This document shows positions 17,834 to 27,485 of a stretch of 64,000 nucleotides of DNA, in pieces. This stretch comes from Bdellovibrionota bacterium (GTDB lineage: Bacteria; Bdellovibrionota_G; JALEGL01; DATDPG01), in NCBI GenBank assembly GCA_963668355.1, contig OY764265.1, positions 1,536,001 through 1,600,000 on the forward strand, read 5' to 3'. Positions within the stretch are counted from its first letter, which is position 1, and each line of letters starts with the position of its first letter. A program made the translations under genes and the position numbers. The notes under the pieces are model-generated. The model ran no database searches. It saw only the letters and a program-made list of their open reading frames with translations, and was not told the origin of the DNA.

Positions 17834-19699
17834 TTAGTGCTTCACCGCGCGTTGAAGGGTTAGAAGATAGATCAAGCCCAAGAGGGTCCATGAGATGGCC
17901 ACACAGGGAAAACTTGGCATCCAAGCGGGTGTGTGGATAGGAACCAATAAGCTTTTGTGAAATACGCCCAGAATGAAGAAGTGTCCCACAAGAAACAGCA
18001 GGAGAAATCCCGCAAGGGCTCGGCCTTGAAATAGAAGGTGGAGCCCTGGGAACAGGGCGGAGGACCACCGTTCTTGCAAGTCTCTTCGAATTCGGAAACG
18101 AGAGATGGCGCGTTCTTTTCCTTTTCTGACCTCGGAATCGACGGCTTCGAGGCGTACAAACAAATGGTAACACTGCGTGCAGATCGCTTGGTGTTCCACT
18201 GCGGGGTCGCAGATGGAACAAACGGGAAGACCACACTTTTCACAGGGTCTGGGAATGTGCCGAATGGGAAAGAGCTTTCCGAGAATGAAGGCAATGACGA
18301 GCGTTCCCATCAGGAGACCCCAAAATAGGGGGATCGAAAGATTGGGAAACATGTTCTTAAACAAAGAGGTTCGAATGGATTTGACCTGAGAATCCAGTGA
18401 CCAAATTCGAGGCCTCAACTCATCTGGAGAAATGTTTTCGTCAACCAGAATTCCAGAAACGTTTTCTGCTTTGCTTACGGTATCTAGGCGCGCAAACTCT
18501 GTTGGGTTAATTTCCTTCGACCTTCGGAGCGCTTTATTTCCTTCCTCCAGGTCCGCGCGGCTGATGAAGATTTTTCCCAAATTGAAGAAAGCCCCGCTCG
18601 CATCTGAAGAAAAGGTGGTGGCTTTCTGGAGAAGTCGAATGGCTTCTGAGGTTCTTCGTTCTTGAAATTGGATGTTGGCAAGGTTGACCAAGGGTTTGTG
18701 CCATTCCGGCGACAGAGCAATGGCCTGAGCGTATAAAGCTTTGGCTTGTTTTCGTCTTCCGACGGTTTTTTCGATGTTCCCAAGGGTGAAAATGGCTTCT
18801 GCGTCGTCAGGATGTTCTTGAATCCAAGCACGTAAGCGAAGGCCTTTTTCTCTGAGGTCAGCATCTTGAAGAGGATCGGCCAAAATTTGGTCGATTCCTT
18901 GTTCGTATTTGAACTGGAGGGCTGGGGCAAGAAGGGCAAAGGGGAGCATCGCGGCCGTCAAGGTGAGGATGACAATCACCAATCGCTCGGAAAAATCAAT
19001 ATATCTCCACAACAATAGAATGGAGAGAAGGGCTGGCCCGATGGGTCCTACCAAAAGCCAACTTAGCGTGAGACCTGCCAGAGAAAAAAAGAACAGTGAC
19101 TTGGGAGAGAAACCCTTGGCTCGATGTGCCCAGAGGTGGCAAGTGGAGGGTATCCGACGGAAAAAAAGAATGGCCAGAAAAAGGCTCGCGACAAGCAAAA
19201 AAGTCCAATAGGAAATCAGGAAGGAATTCGTGAGAAATCGAAACTTTCCTGGTGTTTGTTGCCACTCTCTCTTGAGTCCTCCGGCGCATTCCACCATGGA
19301 AGCAAACCAACCCTTCGGAAGGTTTGATGGCGAACAATGAAAATAGGACCAAGAGGAGGTGTTTGGGGAAAGCTTGGCTGCCCAGGAAAGCCTTTCTTCT
19401 TGCAATGTGTCGGGGTCACCGTTGGAGTTTTTCACTTCCTCTAACAAAGCTAGAGATACCTGCGGAAGCGTGGTGAGATTGTATTTTGTTTTAAGTCTCA
19501 GAATTTCTTTGAGCTCTGTTTCTCCCAGAGCGTCCTGGCCCAGAGAGAGAACCTCCTTGCGAACATTCCAAACCTCTTCAATCTCGCGTCGAGGAATGTC
19601 CCACTGAGAAGGGAAATTGGTTTGCGCAAGGGTGGGCGAGACTTCCAATAAGCCAAAAACGCCCAAAAAAAACAAAAAACACCATCTCCTTGCCATCAT
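17834..19699 (-). CDS. Polytopic membrane protein with TPR repeats and a Cys-rich Zn-finger-like segment
   Basis: Signal peptide, about 5 TM, TPRs, CEKC-CSIC-CTQC, C-terminal TMs; start 19699 or 19696. Confidence 0.85.
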   Translation of the reverse strand: MMARRWCFLFFLGVFGLLEVSPTLAQTNFPSQWDIPRREIEEVWNVRKEVLSLGQDALGETELKEILRLKTKYNLTTLPQVSLALLEEVKNSNGDPDTLQEERLSWAAKLSPNTSSWSYFHCSPSNLPKGWFASMVECAGGLKREWQQTPGKFRFLTNSFLISYWTFLLVASLFLAILFFRRIPSTCHLWAHRAKGFSPKSLFFFSLAGLTLSWLLVGPIGPALLSILLLWRYIDFSERLVIVILTLTAAMLPFALLAPALQFKYEQGIDQILADPLQDADLREKGLRLRAWIQEHPDDAEAIFTLGNIEKTVGRRKQAKALYAQAIALSPEWHKPLVNLANIQFQERRTSEAIRLLQKATTFSSDASGAFFNLGKIFISRADLEEGNKALRRSKEINPTEFARLDTVSKAENVSGILVDENISPDELRPRIWSLDSQVKSIRTSLFKNMFPNLSIPLFWGLLMGTLVIAFILGKLFPIRHIPRPCEKCGLPVCSICDPAVEHQAICTQCYHLFVRLEAVDSEVRKGKERAISRFRIRRDLQERWSSALFPGLHLLFQGRALAGFLLLFLVGHFFILGVFHKSLLVPIHTPAWMPSFPCVAISWTLLGLIYLLTLQRAVKH

Positions 19700-19811
19700 T
19701 GGAAAGTTTACAAGCATGGGCCGAATCATCAAAGAAAACGTTATGTTAAGGTCAATTTAGAAACTGGAATCTTGACTTTGTTCCTCGCCTCGCGTTCTCT
19801 CAGCTACAATT

Positions 19812-21557
19812 ATGAGATTCAGCAAGTTCTTATGTCCGACTTTACGGGAAGATCCATCTGAAGCCGAAACCGCCAGTCACCGCCTGATGTTGCGGGGCGG
19901 CATGATTCGGCAGGTGGCTTCTGGGATATACACCTTACTGCCGCTCGGTTTGCGAGTGATTCGCAAAGTGGAGACCATTGTTCGAGAAGAAATGAGTCGA
20001 GCTGGGGCGCAGGAAGTCTTCATGCCGGCGGTTCTTCCGGCCGAACTTTGGAAAGAAAGTGGTCGTTGGGATGTGATGGGAAAGGAGTTGCTCCGGATCA
20101 AAGATCGAAATGAACGAGAATTCTGTTTTGGTCCCACCCATGAAGAGATCATTACAGATTTGGTTCGTCGTGAAATCCGCTCGTATCGTGACCTGCCTCG
20201 GAATTTTTTCCAAATTCAAACCAAATTTCGAGATGAAGTGAGGCCGCGATTTGGGCTCATGAGATGTCGTGAGTTCACCATGAAAGACGCCTACAGCTTT
20301 GATATCAACGAAGAAGGTGCCAAGGCCAGCTATGATCAAATGTACGAAGCCTATCACCGCATTTTTTCCAGATGTGGTTTGAGGTTTTCGGTCGTGGACG
20401 CGGATTCTGGAAACATTGGCGGCAGTCAGTCTCAAGAATTCATGGTCTTGGCTGATTCCGGGGAGGACGAAATCATTCGTTGTCCAGGTTGCGGTTATTC
20501 TGCGAACTCCGAAAAAGCCGATGGGGTGATTTCCAAGATCCCTGAAGCCAAAATGCCCAATCAAATGGAAAAACGAGAAACTCCTGGAAAGTCGACCGTG
20601 TCCGATGTGGCCTCTTTCCTGGAAGTTCCGGAGGGACGCTTAATTAAGACATTGATTTATAAAACGGACACCATGTACTTGGCCGTTCTTCTTCCAGGCG
20701 ATCGAGAGGTGAATGAGATTAAGCTGAAAAGTGCACTTCAAGCTCAGCACTTGGGCCTGGCTTCCGCCCAAGAAATTCAGGAATTGACCGGAGGCCCTCT
20801 TGGTTTTTCGGGTCCGGTTGGACTGAAAATTGAAAAAGGCAAGATCGAGCGGATCTTAGTCGATGGACTCATTGAGAAAGACGAGTCTTATGTGGTCGGG
20901 GCCAACGAGAAGGATGTTCATCTGGTCGGGGTTGTGGCTGGGAAAGACTTCTCGATGCAGGAAGTGTTGGATTTACATCGAACCCGAGAAGGGGATCAAT
21001 GTGTGAAATGCCAAGCTGTGCTTCAGTCTGATCGTGGAATTGAAGTGGGGCACATCTTTCGTCTTGGGACCAAATACAGCGAGATCATGCAGGCGACGTT
21101 TAGTGACCCGAAAGGGGAGTTAAAACCCTCCATTATGGGGTGCTATGGAATTGGAATTGGTCGTACTGCGGCCGCAGCGATTGAGCAAAACCATGATGCG
21201 AGGGGGGTGATCTTTCCTCCCTCATTGGCGCCTTTTGATGTAGCAGTGATTCCCGTTCAAGTGACCAACGAAGATTTAAAACGAGAGGGAGAGAGGCTTT
21301 ATGCCCTTTTGGCAGATTCCGGACTGGACGTGTTGCTTGATGATCGAGAGGAAAGTGCTGGGGCTAAATTCAAAGACCTCGATTTGATGGGCATCCCTGG
21401 AAAAATTACGGTTGGGAAAAAGGGCCTGGCTCAAGGAAAAGTCGAAGTCAAAATGAGGTGGCAAGAAGAATCCCAATTCATCGACCCCTCAGAATTGGTC
21501 GACTGGGTGAGATCTATCCCGCAAGCTTGGGACACCCGCTCATCAAAAGTTGCTTGA
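19812..21557 (+). CDS. proS: Proline--tRNA ligase with editing insertion
   Basis: PTHEE, FRDEVRPRFGLMR, IEVGHIF, MGCYGIG. Confidence 0.98.
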   Translation: MRFSKFLCPTLREDPSEAETASHRLMLRGGMIRQVASGIYTLLPLGLRVIRKVETIVREEMSRAGAQEVFMPAVLPAELWKESGRWDVMGKELLRIKDRNEREFCFGPTHEEIITDLVRREIRSYRDLPRNFFQIQTKFRDEVRPRFGLMRCREFTMKDAYSFDINEEGAKASYDQMYEAYHRIFSRCGLRFSVVDADSGNIGGSQSQEFMVLADSGEDEIIRCPGCGYSANSEKADGVISKIPEAKMPNQMEKRETPGKSTVSDVASFLEVPEGRLIKTLIYKTDTMYLAVLLPGDREVNEIKLKSALQAQHLGLASAQEIQELTGGPLGFSGPVGLKIEKGKIERILVDGLIEKDESYVVGANEKDVHLVGVVAGKDFSMQEVLDLHRTREGDQCVKCQAVLQSDRGIEVGHIFRLGTKYSEIMQATFSDPKGELKPSIMGCYGIGIGRTAAAAIEQNHDARGVIFPPSLAPFDVAVIPVQVTNEDLKREGERLYALLADSGLDVLLDDREESAGAKFKDLDLMGIPGKITVGKKGLAQGKVEVKMRWQEESQFIDPSELVDWVRSIPQAWDTRSSKVA

Positions 21558-22230
21558 TTTCCTCGGCCATCAAATCGGGAGGCCTTAAGAGTTTTGCCCC
21601 CAAGCCGTACGTAAAGGTCCGAAGGGGGCGAGTGAGTTTGGATCGACGAACAATTTTTATGGGAAAAGAGTAAACCTCTTCTTTAAGGCTTTTAGCTCGA
21701 AAAACCAACACCTCCTTGGGGGGAATCGGCACTTTGCTTAAAAGATAGAGTCCTGTTCGGCTGGCGTCTACGATGATGGCCGAGAGGAGTTGCTCCCGGC
21801 AGTCCAAATGAACGGGCTTTTCCATAACGTATCGAGTGGACATTCTTCGTTCAATTTTCCCAAAAGGGATCCATTCCCAGTGAAGAAAGCTTTGGATTTT
21901 TTCGACCGCGTGATTCGCATCGACGACCAAGTCCGTCTTGACTGAACGGGCACGTTCTCCCCAGGGCGAGTTCAATTGATCCACGACAAAAATGACTTTG
22001 GTTTCTTTTAAATTCGAATTGTTTTTGATGACCTTGCAGCAATCAAAAGGGTTAAATTCTTGAATTTGGGGGTGAAGAACCACGACATCGGGACGTGTTT
22101 GTTCAACCGTCTCAATGATGTGTTGATTCTTTGGGAGGCAAATCAACGCTAGGTCTGGGTCCCTTCCAAGAAACTCTCCAAATGAAAGCTTGGAAAAAAC
22201 TACCTCCGGAATCAAAACAACTTTTCCCAT
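21514..22230 (-). CDS. Pseudo-receiver + PilZ domain protein
   Basis: RPDVVVLHPQI..CKVIK receiver-like segment; RRMSTR and DASRTG PilZ motifs. Confidence 0.75.
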   Translation of the reverse strand: MGKVVLIPEVVFSKLSFGEFLGRDPDLALICLPKNQHIIETVEQTRPDVVVLHPQIQEFNPFDCCKVIKNNSNLKETKVIFVVDQLNSPWGERARSVKTDLVVDANHAVEKIQSFLHWEWIPFGKIERRMSTRYVMEKPVHLDCREQLLSAIIVDASRTGLYLLSKVPIPPKEVLVFRAKSLKEEVYSFPIKIVRRSKLTRPLRTFTYGLGAKLLRPPDLMAEEIKQLLMSGCPKLAG

Positions 22231-22262
22231 TCAATAGATCCTCTTATTGGATCATGAAGTAC

Positions 22263-22305
22263 GCAAGAAGCATGCGTAAACGGGATTTTGTCTAACTTGT
22301 TAATT
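22263..22305 (-). promoter_or_regulatory. Degenerate sigma54-like element plus IHF-like box
   Basis: ACGCATGCTTCTTGC (-12 intact, -24 degenerate); AATTAACAAGTTA 15 nt upstream. Confidence 0.35.
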
Positions 22306-22415
22306 TAAATAGAAAAAATTTATTCGTACGAAAAAAGTTGAGACGAAAGCTGTACGAAGGCTCTACTTTTTTTCATAGAAAAAGAACGTCAAAAAACCGA
22401 AACCGGTTACGGAAT

Positions 22416-24575
22416 CTAGGCCGCCTTATCTTGTTTTTTTCTTTGGTGAAGCTTTGTTTTGAGTGAAGTCAGATTTCGTGTCCAAATGATTTTTGAATGT
22501 AAAATTTGACCGAACCGTTCTTCATCATACATGGAAACCAGTTCATTGAGAGGCGGGAGAGGTCCTTCTTTTCGTTGGACTCGAGCACAGAATTCCGGAA
22601 TGGTTTCGTGTGTCTTTTTTCGATGTCCACGCGCCTCCAAAAGGCGAATGACTTGGGCAAAAACCCCTCTTCGTTGAGGATTTTGTTTAAAACGATAGAT
22701 CAGGTAGGCCGTCAACCAAACAAGGAAAGCTAGAAGGAGGAGGTTTGCAAAAAACGTTTTGTTTTTTGGCGTGTTCCAAGAGCGCGTGTTTGGGGTGGAA
22801 TCTGTTTCTTTTTTGGAAGTGTTGCTCCGAAACCATCGAGACACTTTTCTTCCCACGTTTTCCGCAATTTCGGCTTGGGCTCGAAGGTCATATTCGATGA
22901 TGTACTTGTTCCAACGTAGCCGGAGGTTGTCGAAAAATTGATTGATTCGTCTCCATCGCGGACGTGGGGCGCCGACGGTTGAATCAAGAGGCGAGGGATC
23001 AAAGGCGATCCACCCATAGGTTGGAAAGAAGACCTCTACCCACGAGTGAGCATCGCTTTGACGAACAGCGATATAATTTCCAAAATCGTTGAATTCTCCC
23101 CCTCGAAAACCCACGACATTTCGGGATGGAATTCCATGAAAACGCAGAGCAATGGCAAAGGCCGTCGAAAAATACTCACAATGTCCCTGTTTTTTTTCGA
23201 GCAAAAAGAATGAAAGGGGATCCTCAGTTCCAAAATCTTCGACATTCAGGGTGTAGGTGTAGTTGGTTTCTAACCAATTTTTGATGGCCAGGACTTTGTC
23301 ATATGTGCTCCCACTTCCAATGGGGATGGATGCAAGCGTTCGCTCGACTTGCGGACGGAGTTCGGGAAGTTGAAGAAAGTAATCGGGCATCCAGCTTGGA
23401 AGACGTCCTTTTGCACTTCTTAATAAGTCGGGTTGAGGATCTCCGATGATCGATTCAGCTCGGTAGGTGAGATCGCTCATGATATTGGCCGAAGACGAAA
23501 GGTAAAAGGTTCCATTGTAGTCGTAGCGAATCCCCATGGAACGGCGAAAAATGCGCTCGACCATGGGTTTGTCCCAGATCAGTTGATAGAGACGATCGGC
23601 TGAGAAGAGAACGGGCGGATTTAACGCTTCCAAGAAAATTCGATATTCGAAATTATTCCCTCCGGGAAAAGGTCTTCGATCTAGAGTGAGCATCCCCGTG
23701 TCCATGTCCACAGCAACACGGCGTTTGTGATCCGAGTTTTTGGACCAAACTCGACCGTCAAAATTGTCGGTCGCGGTTCCTCTCCAATGAATTTGATCGA
23801 TTTCGATCTTCTTGGCTGTTTCTTGGTCAATTTCGACCCTCATCGTGATTTGACTGTTGGTCTTAATGGTTCCAATGGTTCCCAGTTCCACGCGATCTGA
23901 AAAACCAGAGATGTGATTTCGTGTGGTGATCCGTTTGAGAAAATTTCCCATGGAAAGACGTGGAAAACTAAAGAAAACAATCAACGTGAACGTAATGATG
24001 GAAATGGAGAGAAAGGAGGTCGTGATCAGAAATTTTTTCGTGATGACATTCTTAGAAAGGAGCAAGCTTTGAAGCCGATGGTCTTTCTTTTCTGGAGCGG
24101 TCGTGAGTTCCAATTGCATTTTTAGATTGAATAAGACCAGTGTCCAAGTAGCCAAAATGACATAAATCAAGAAAGGAACTGAGAAGGCAATGTCACTGGT
24201 CAAAACCGTGGAAGCCAGAATGTGCATGAAACTCAATGTGTAGATTTGCATCCAGTCTCGATTGGTTTTGTGACTCAAAAGTTTGACCATCTGCAGGTAG
24301 ATCACAAACATGATGCCGTTACCGACCAAGTCTTGGTTTCCAAAGAACGTGTCGTAGAAAAAATAAGAAAACAGCAATAAAGCGAGAAGATTCCAAAGTG
24401 TTCGTGGAACTTTTAAAAAGGCTGAGATTCGTTCGCCCAGGATCCAATAAAGACCTGTAACGACCATTCCCGCAAAGACCGCAGAAACGTATTCACTTCC
24501 TGTGATCGAAATGGAGTAAAAGCCCGTGAGGATCATGAGCATGGAAAGATGGTGAAGGTATCTTCCGAACCTCAT
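22416..24575 (-). CDS. Membrane transglutaminase-like protein (DUF3488/TgpA family)
   Basis: GHCEYF, AHSWVEV, FDP catalytic triad; N-terminal TMs; ATGA overlap with DUF58 gene. Confidence 0.92.
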   Translation of the reverse strand: MRFGRYLHHLSMLMILTGFYSISITGSEYVSAVFAGMVVTGLYWILGERISAFLKVPRTLWNLLALLLFSYFFYDTFFGNQDLVGNGIMFVIYLQMVKLLSHKTNRDWMQIYTLSFMHILASTVLTSDIAFSVPFLIYVILATWTLVLFNLKMQLELTTAPEKKDHRLQSLLLSKNVITKKFLITTSFLSISIITFTLIVFFSFPRLSMGNFLKRITTRNHISGFSDRVELGTIGTIKTNSQITMRVEIDQETAKKIEIDQIHWRGTATDNFDGRVWSKNSDHKRRVAVDMDTGMLTLDRRPFPGGNNFEYRIFLEALNPPVLFSADRLYQLIWDKPMVERIFRRSMGIRYDYNGTFYLSSSANIMSDLTYRAESIIGDPQPDLLRSAKGRLPSWMPDYFLQLPELRPQVERTLASIPIGSGSTYDKVLAIKNWLETNYTYTLNVEDFGTEDPLSFFLLEKKQGHCEYFSTAFAIALRFHGIPSRNVVGFRGGEFNDFGNYIAVRQSDAHSWVEVFFPTYGWIAFDPSPLDSTVGAPRPRWRRINQFFDNLRLRWNKYIIEYDLRAQAEIAENVGRKVSRWFRSNTSKKETDSTPNTRSWNTPKNKTFFANLLLLAFLVWLTAYLIYRFKQNPQRRGVFAQVIRLLEARGHRKKTHETIPEFCARVQRKEGPLPPLNELVSMYDEERFGQILHSKIIWTRNLTSLKTKLHQRKKQDKAA

Positions 24576-25615
24576 AACTCTGCTAACTCCTTTCTGCCCC
24601 ACGTCAAGGTGGCTGGAGTTGGCGAGCGTGTCTCAGATTCATCGGTGACGATCATGATGCGGTCTTCTTCTCGTGCGTAATGGGATCGAACTGGCTCAAG
24701 TGGAGGCTTGGCCAAGGCTAGCGCCGTTAGATAGGCATCCAAGTAGCTTCGCCCTTGCGTAGGGATCAGTTCGCCATTGAGCCTAAGATTGGTTTCGAAT
24801 CCATCTTCGAAAAGAAAAAGAAGAAGGGATGTAGCTGCCGAAAGGGCTTTTTCCCGCCACAACGATTCCGACATTTTGGCTACCTGGAGTCGAACATCCA
24901 GAAGGACTTTTCTCTTTTTCTCCTTTTCGAATTCTTTCACCTTTAATTTCTCTGTTTTGGCAGAGCTCTTCCAATGGATGAGACGGGCGGGGTCACTGGA
25001 AACGAAATCTCGGATTCCAAAGGGGTTGGTAGAGCCTCCGGAAGAACCCGACAAAAAATCTCCAAAATGTCGGCGGTCACTCTGAAACGGTCTCCAAACC
25101 TCAAGCAATTGAGGGAAGATGATGGCCGACTGCGAAGAAGGAATTTCCTTGGTTTTTCGAATTAGACCAAAGGGGTAGGAAGATTCGATCCAGTAGCTGG
25201 GCAGTTTGTGTTCTCCACGAAGAGGAAATTCCACATGGTCCACAGTGGAGGTGTTGTCTTGTGGGGCCAATTTGATCAGAAACGGACGATTGTGCGTCGA
25301 GGGAGTTTCGATTTGGGAGGCCAAGGCCAAAGAATAGGAGGGAAAAAACTTCTTTTCATTGGTTAGGTCCAAGCGAACAGGAACGGGTTGTTTGGCAAAT
25401 ATCCGCTGAGGGAAGTGAGGGCGAAGTTTAATTTTCTTTAGGGTGTTGTTCGATAAGAGTCCTGAGAGTACGAGAAAACTCATCATCATTGAAAAAACCA
25501 AATAAAGAAGATTGTTTCCTGTGTTGAGCGCTGAGACGCCAACGGCTAGGCAAAGAGCAATAAACAGGTAGCCGATTTTTGTAATTTTTATGTAAAAATC
25601 GCGCCGGACTTTCAA
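24572..25615 (-). CDS. DUF58 domain protein
   Basis: ALNTGNNLLYL, SYPFGL, RLIHWKSSAK..VKEFE. Confidence 0.9.
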   Translation of the reverse strand: MKVRRDFYIKITKIGYLFIALCLAVGVSALNTGNNLLYLVFSMMMSFLVLSGLLSNNTLKKIKLRPHFPQRIFAKQPVPVRLDLTNEKKFFPSYSLALASQIETPSTHNRPFLIKLAPQDNTSTVDHVEFPLRGEHKLPSYWIESSYPFGLIRKTKEIPSSQSAIIFPQLLEVWRPFQSDRRHFGDFLSGSSGGSTNPFGIRDFVSSDPARLIHWKSSAKTEKLKVKEFEKEKKRKVLLDVRLQVAKMSESLWREKALSAATSLLLFLFEDGFETNLRLNGELIPTQGRSYLDAYLTALALAKPPLEPVRSHYAREEDRIMIVTDESETRSPTPATLTWGRKELAEL

Positions 25616-25624
25616 GCTGAATCC

Positions 25625-26590
25625 TTAAATGGGAACTTCAATGGATTCCAAGATTTCTTGCATGACCAACTCAGACATGGAATGGGCGTCTTGTGTGGCA
25701 GAAGAAGATCTTCTCCGACCGCTAACGATCAATCGGTGTGCGAGAACGGGAATGGCCAGAGCCTTTACGTCGTCCGGGGTGACGAAGCTGCGACCCGAAA
25801 CAAACGCACGTGCCTGACATGCGCGGTAAAAAGCTAAAGATGCACGGGGGCTGGCACCCAGTTCAAGATCACGAACTTCTCGCGTCTTTCCGATGATGGT
25901 CAAAAGATATTTGGAAACATCTGCGTCCACGTGAATTTCTCTGGAAGCGTGTTGCATTTCCTGAATTCGAGACTTGGTGCAGACAGGTTTTAGATTCACC
26001 AAATGAGGGTCACTTCCTTTGGTGTCTAAAATTCGGGCTTCTTCCGAGCGAGAAGGATACCCCATCTGGATTCTCATTAAGAAACGATCCAACTGGGACT
26101 CTGGGAGAGGGTAGGTGCCATGAAACTCGATTGGATTCTGTGTGGCAATGACCATGAACGGGGGGGAAATGGGGTGCGTCTCTCGTTCAATCGTTACGCT
26201 GAAATCTTGCATGGCTTCCAAGAGTGCGCTTTGGGTTTTCGGCGTGGTTCGGTTGATCTCGTCGGCCAGCAGAATGCTTGTGAAAATGGGTCCTGGACGG
26301 AACTCAAATTGACGCGTCTCGGTATTGAAAATCGTTACACCCAAGACATCAGACGGAAGTAAGTCACTCGTAAACTGAATGCGCTGAAATTCTCCATCTA
26401 TGGATTTGGCCAAAGCCAAAGCCAGAGTGGTTTTTCCCACGCCTGGAACATCTTCAATCAAGAGATGGCCTTCGGCCAATAAGCAGATGAGCAATTGGTC
26501 GATGATGTCGTCCTTCCCCAAGATTGCTTGAGCCATGGACGTTTTGAGACTCGCGAGTTCGTTTTTAAATGCGTCGTGTGATTTCATCAT
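25625..26590 (-). CDS. MoxR family AAA+ ATPase
   Basis: EDVPGVGKT, RIQFTSDLLPSD, DEINR, ATQNP, LDRF. Confidence 0.96.
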   Translation of the reverse strand: MMKSHDAFKNELASLKTSMAQAILGKDDIIDQLLICLLAEGHLLIEDVPGVGKTTLALALAKSIDGEFQRIQFTSDLLPSDVLGVTIFNTETRQFEFRPGPIFTSILLADEINRTTPKTQSALLEAMQDFSVTIERETHPISPPFMVIATQNPIEFHGTYPLPESQLDRFLMRIQMGYPSRSEEARILDTKGSDPHLVNLKPVCTKSRIQEMQHASREIHVDADVSKYLLTIIGKTREVRDLELGASPRASLAFYRACQARAFVSGRSFVTPDDVKALAIPVLAHRLIVSGRRRSSSATQDAHSMSELVMQEILESIEVPI

Positions 26591-26684
26591 GAGCTTGTCT
26601 CGGTGTTTGAGATTCTGTACGATACATACCGTTTTCGGGAAAAAAACTCATCACTATTCCCACTTTTCCAAAGGAGTTGCGAAT

Positions 26685-27476
26685 ATGCGTTTGGTAAGGA
26701 GATCCCTCTCAAAGGTTCTTGTTTTCGCGTTGGCCCTGACTTGGTTCGGGTGTGCGAGCGATGAAGCGACGAATATCGAAGAAGCCCAGTTTCTGTTGGA
26801 CAACGGACAGTTTGTGGAAGCTGAGGTAGCGGCCCGAGCCGCATTGGCCGGAAATCCGGACAGTGTGGACGCGACGTATCTTTTGGCTTCAGCTCTTTTT
26901 GGGCAATCCGTATTGGGAGACGAGTCGACCTTTCTCACTTTGCTTTCTCGAGCCTTGGAAGACCAAGGGAACGATACCGAACTTCAAACCTTTGCCCGGA
27001 TTGCACCCGTTCTTCAGGGAAGTGATCTTGAAGATTTGGAAGAAGCGACGGACATTTTGAATGCCCTTCCGGATCTTTCCAAAGATGAGGATATTTATTT
27101 GCTGTTGTATGCGACACGAATGTTTGAAATTGCGGCCGCCGTCACGCAAATTGGTGGTAGCTCAGATGATCTAACATGTAATTATGGTGGCGGGGATGAA
27201 CCCGATGGTGTTCCAGATGATTTGTTTTCGGATGATGACCATCAATTATCATCCACTCGCAATCAAAGGTTTCGGACGAATTTGAATGAGGCCCCTCTTG
27301 AGGCGGAACGGGGAGGGTTGCCAGAGGACTTCGACATTACGAGCCGGTTTAGCACCATGCTGGACGAACTGGATGCTGCCATTGCAGCAGCGCCTGACGT
27401 CGATACTGGCACACAAGATTATTTGACTGATCAATTTCCTGTAAGTGCGTCATCTGGATGCAATTTGGCACCCTAG
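26685..27476 (+). CDS. Acidic lipoprotein with an N-terminal TPR-like helix pair
   Basis: AAGGAG SD, ATG 26685; lipobox-like WFGC; D/E-rich; two further Cys. Confidence 0.8.
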   Translation: MRLVRRSLSKVLVFALALTWFGCASDEATNIEEAQFLLDNGQFVEAEVAARAALAGNPDSVDATYLLASALFGQSVLGDESTFLTLLSRALEDQGNDTELQTFARIAPVLQGSDLEDLEEATDILNALPDLSKDEDIYLLLYATRMFEIAAAVTQIGGSSDDLTCNYGGGDEPDGVPDDLFSDDDHQLSSTRNQRFRTNLNEAPLEAERGGLPEDFDITSRFSTMLDELDAAIAAAPDVDTGTQDYLTDQFPVSASSGCNLAP

Positions 27477-27485
27477 GAGAACGTC

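Noticed and set aside
19805..19814. TACAAT before the proS ATG as a leaderless promoter
   Set aside because: Only 1 nt from the start codon, too close for a TSS
22416..26590. MoxR-DUF58-transglutaminase triad as a novel system
   Set aside because: Widespread, already described gene triad; intact and typical here
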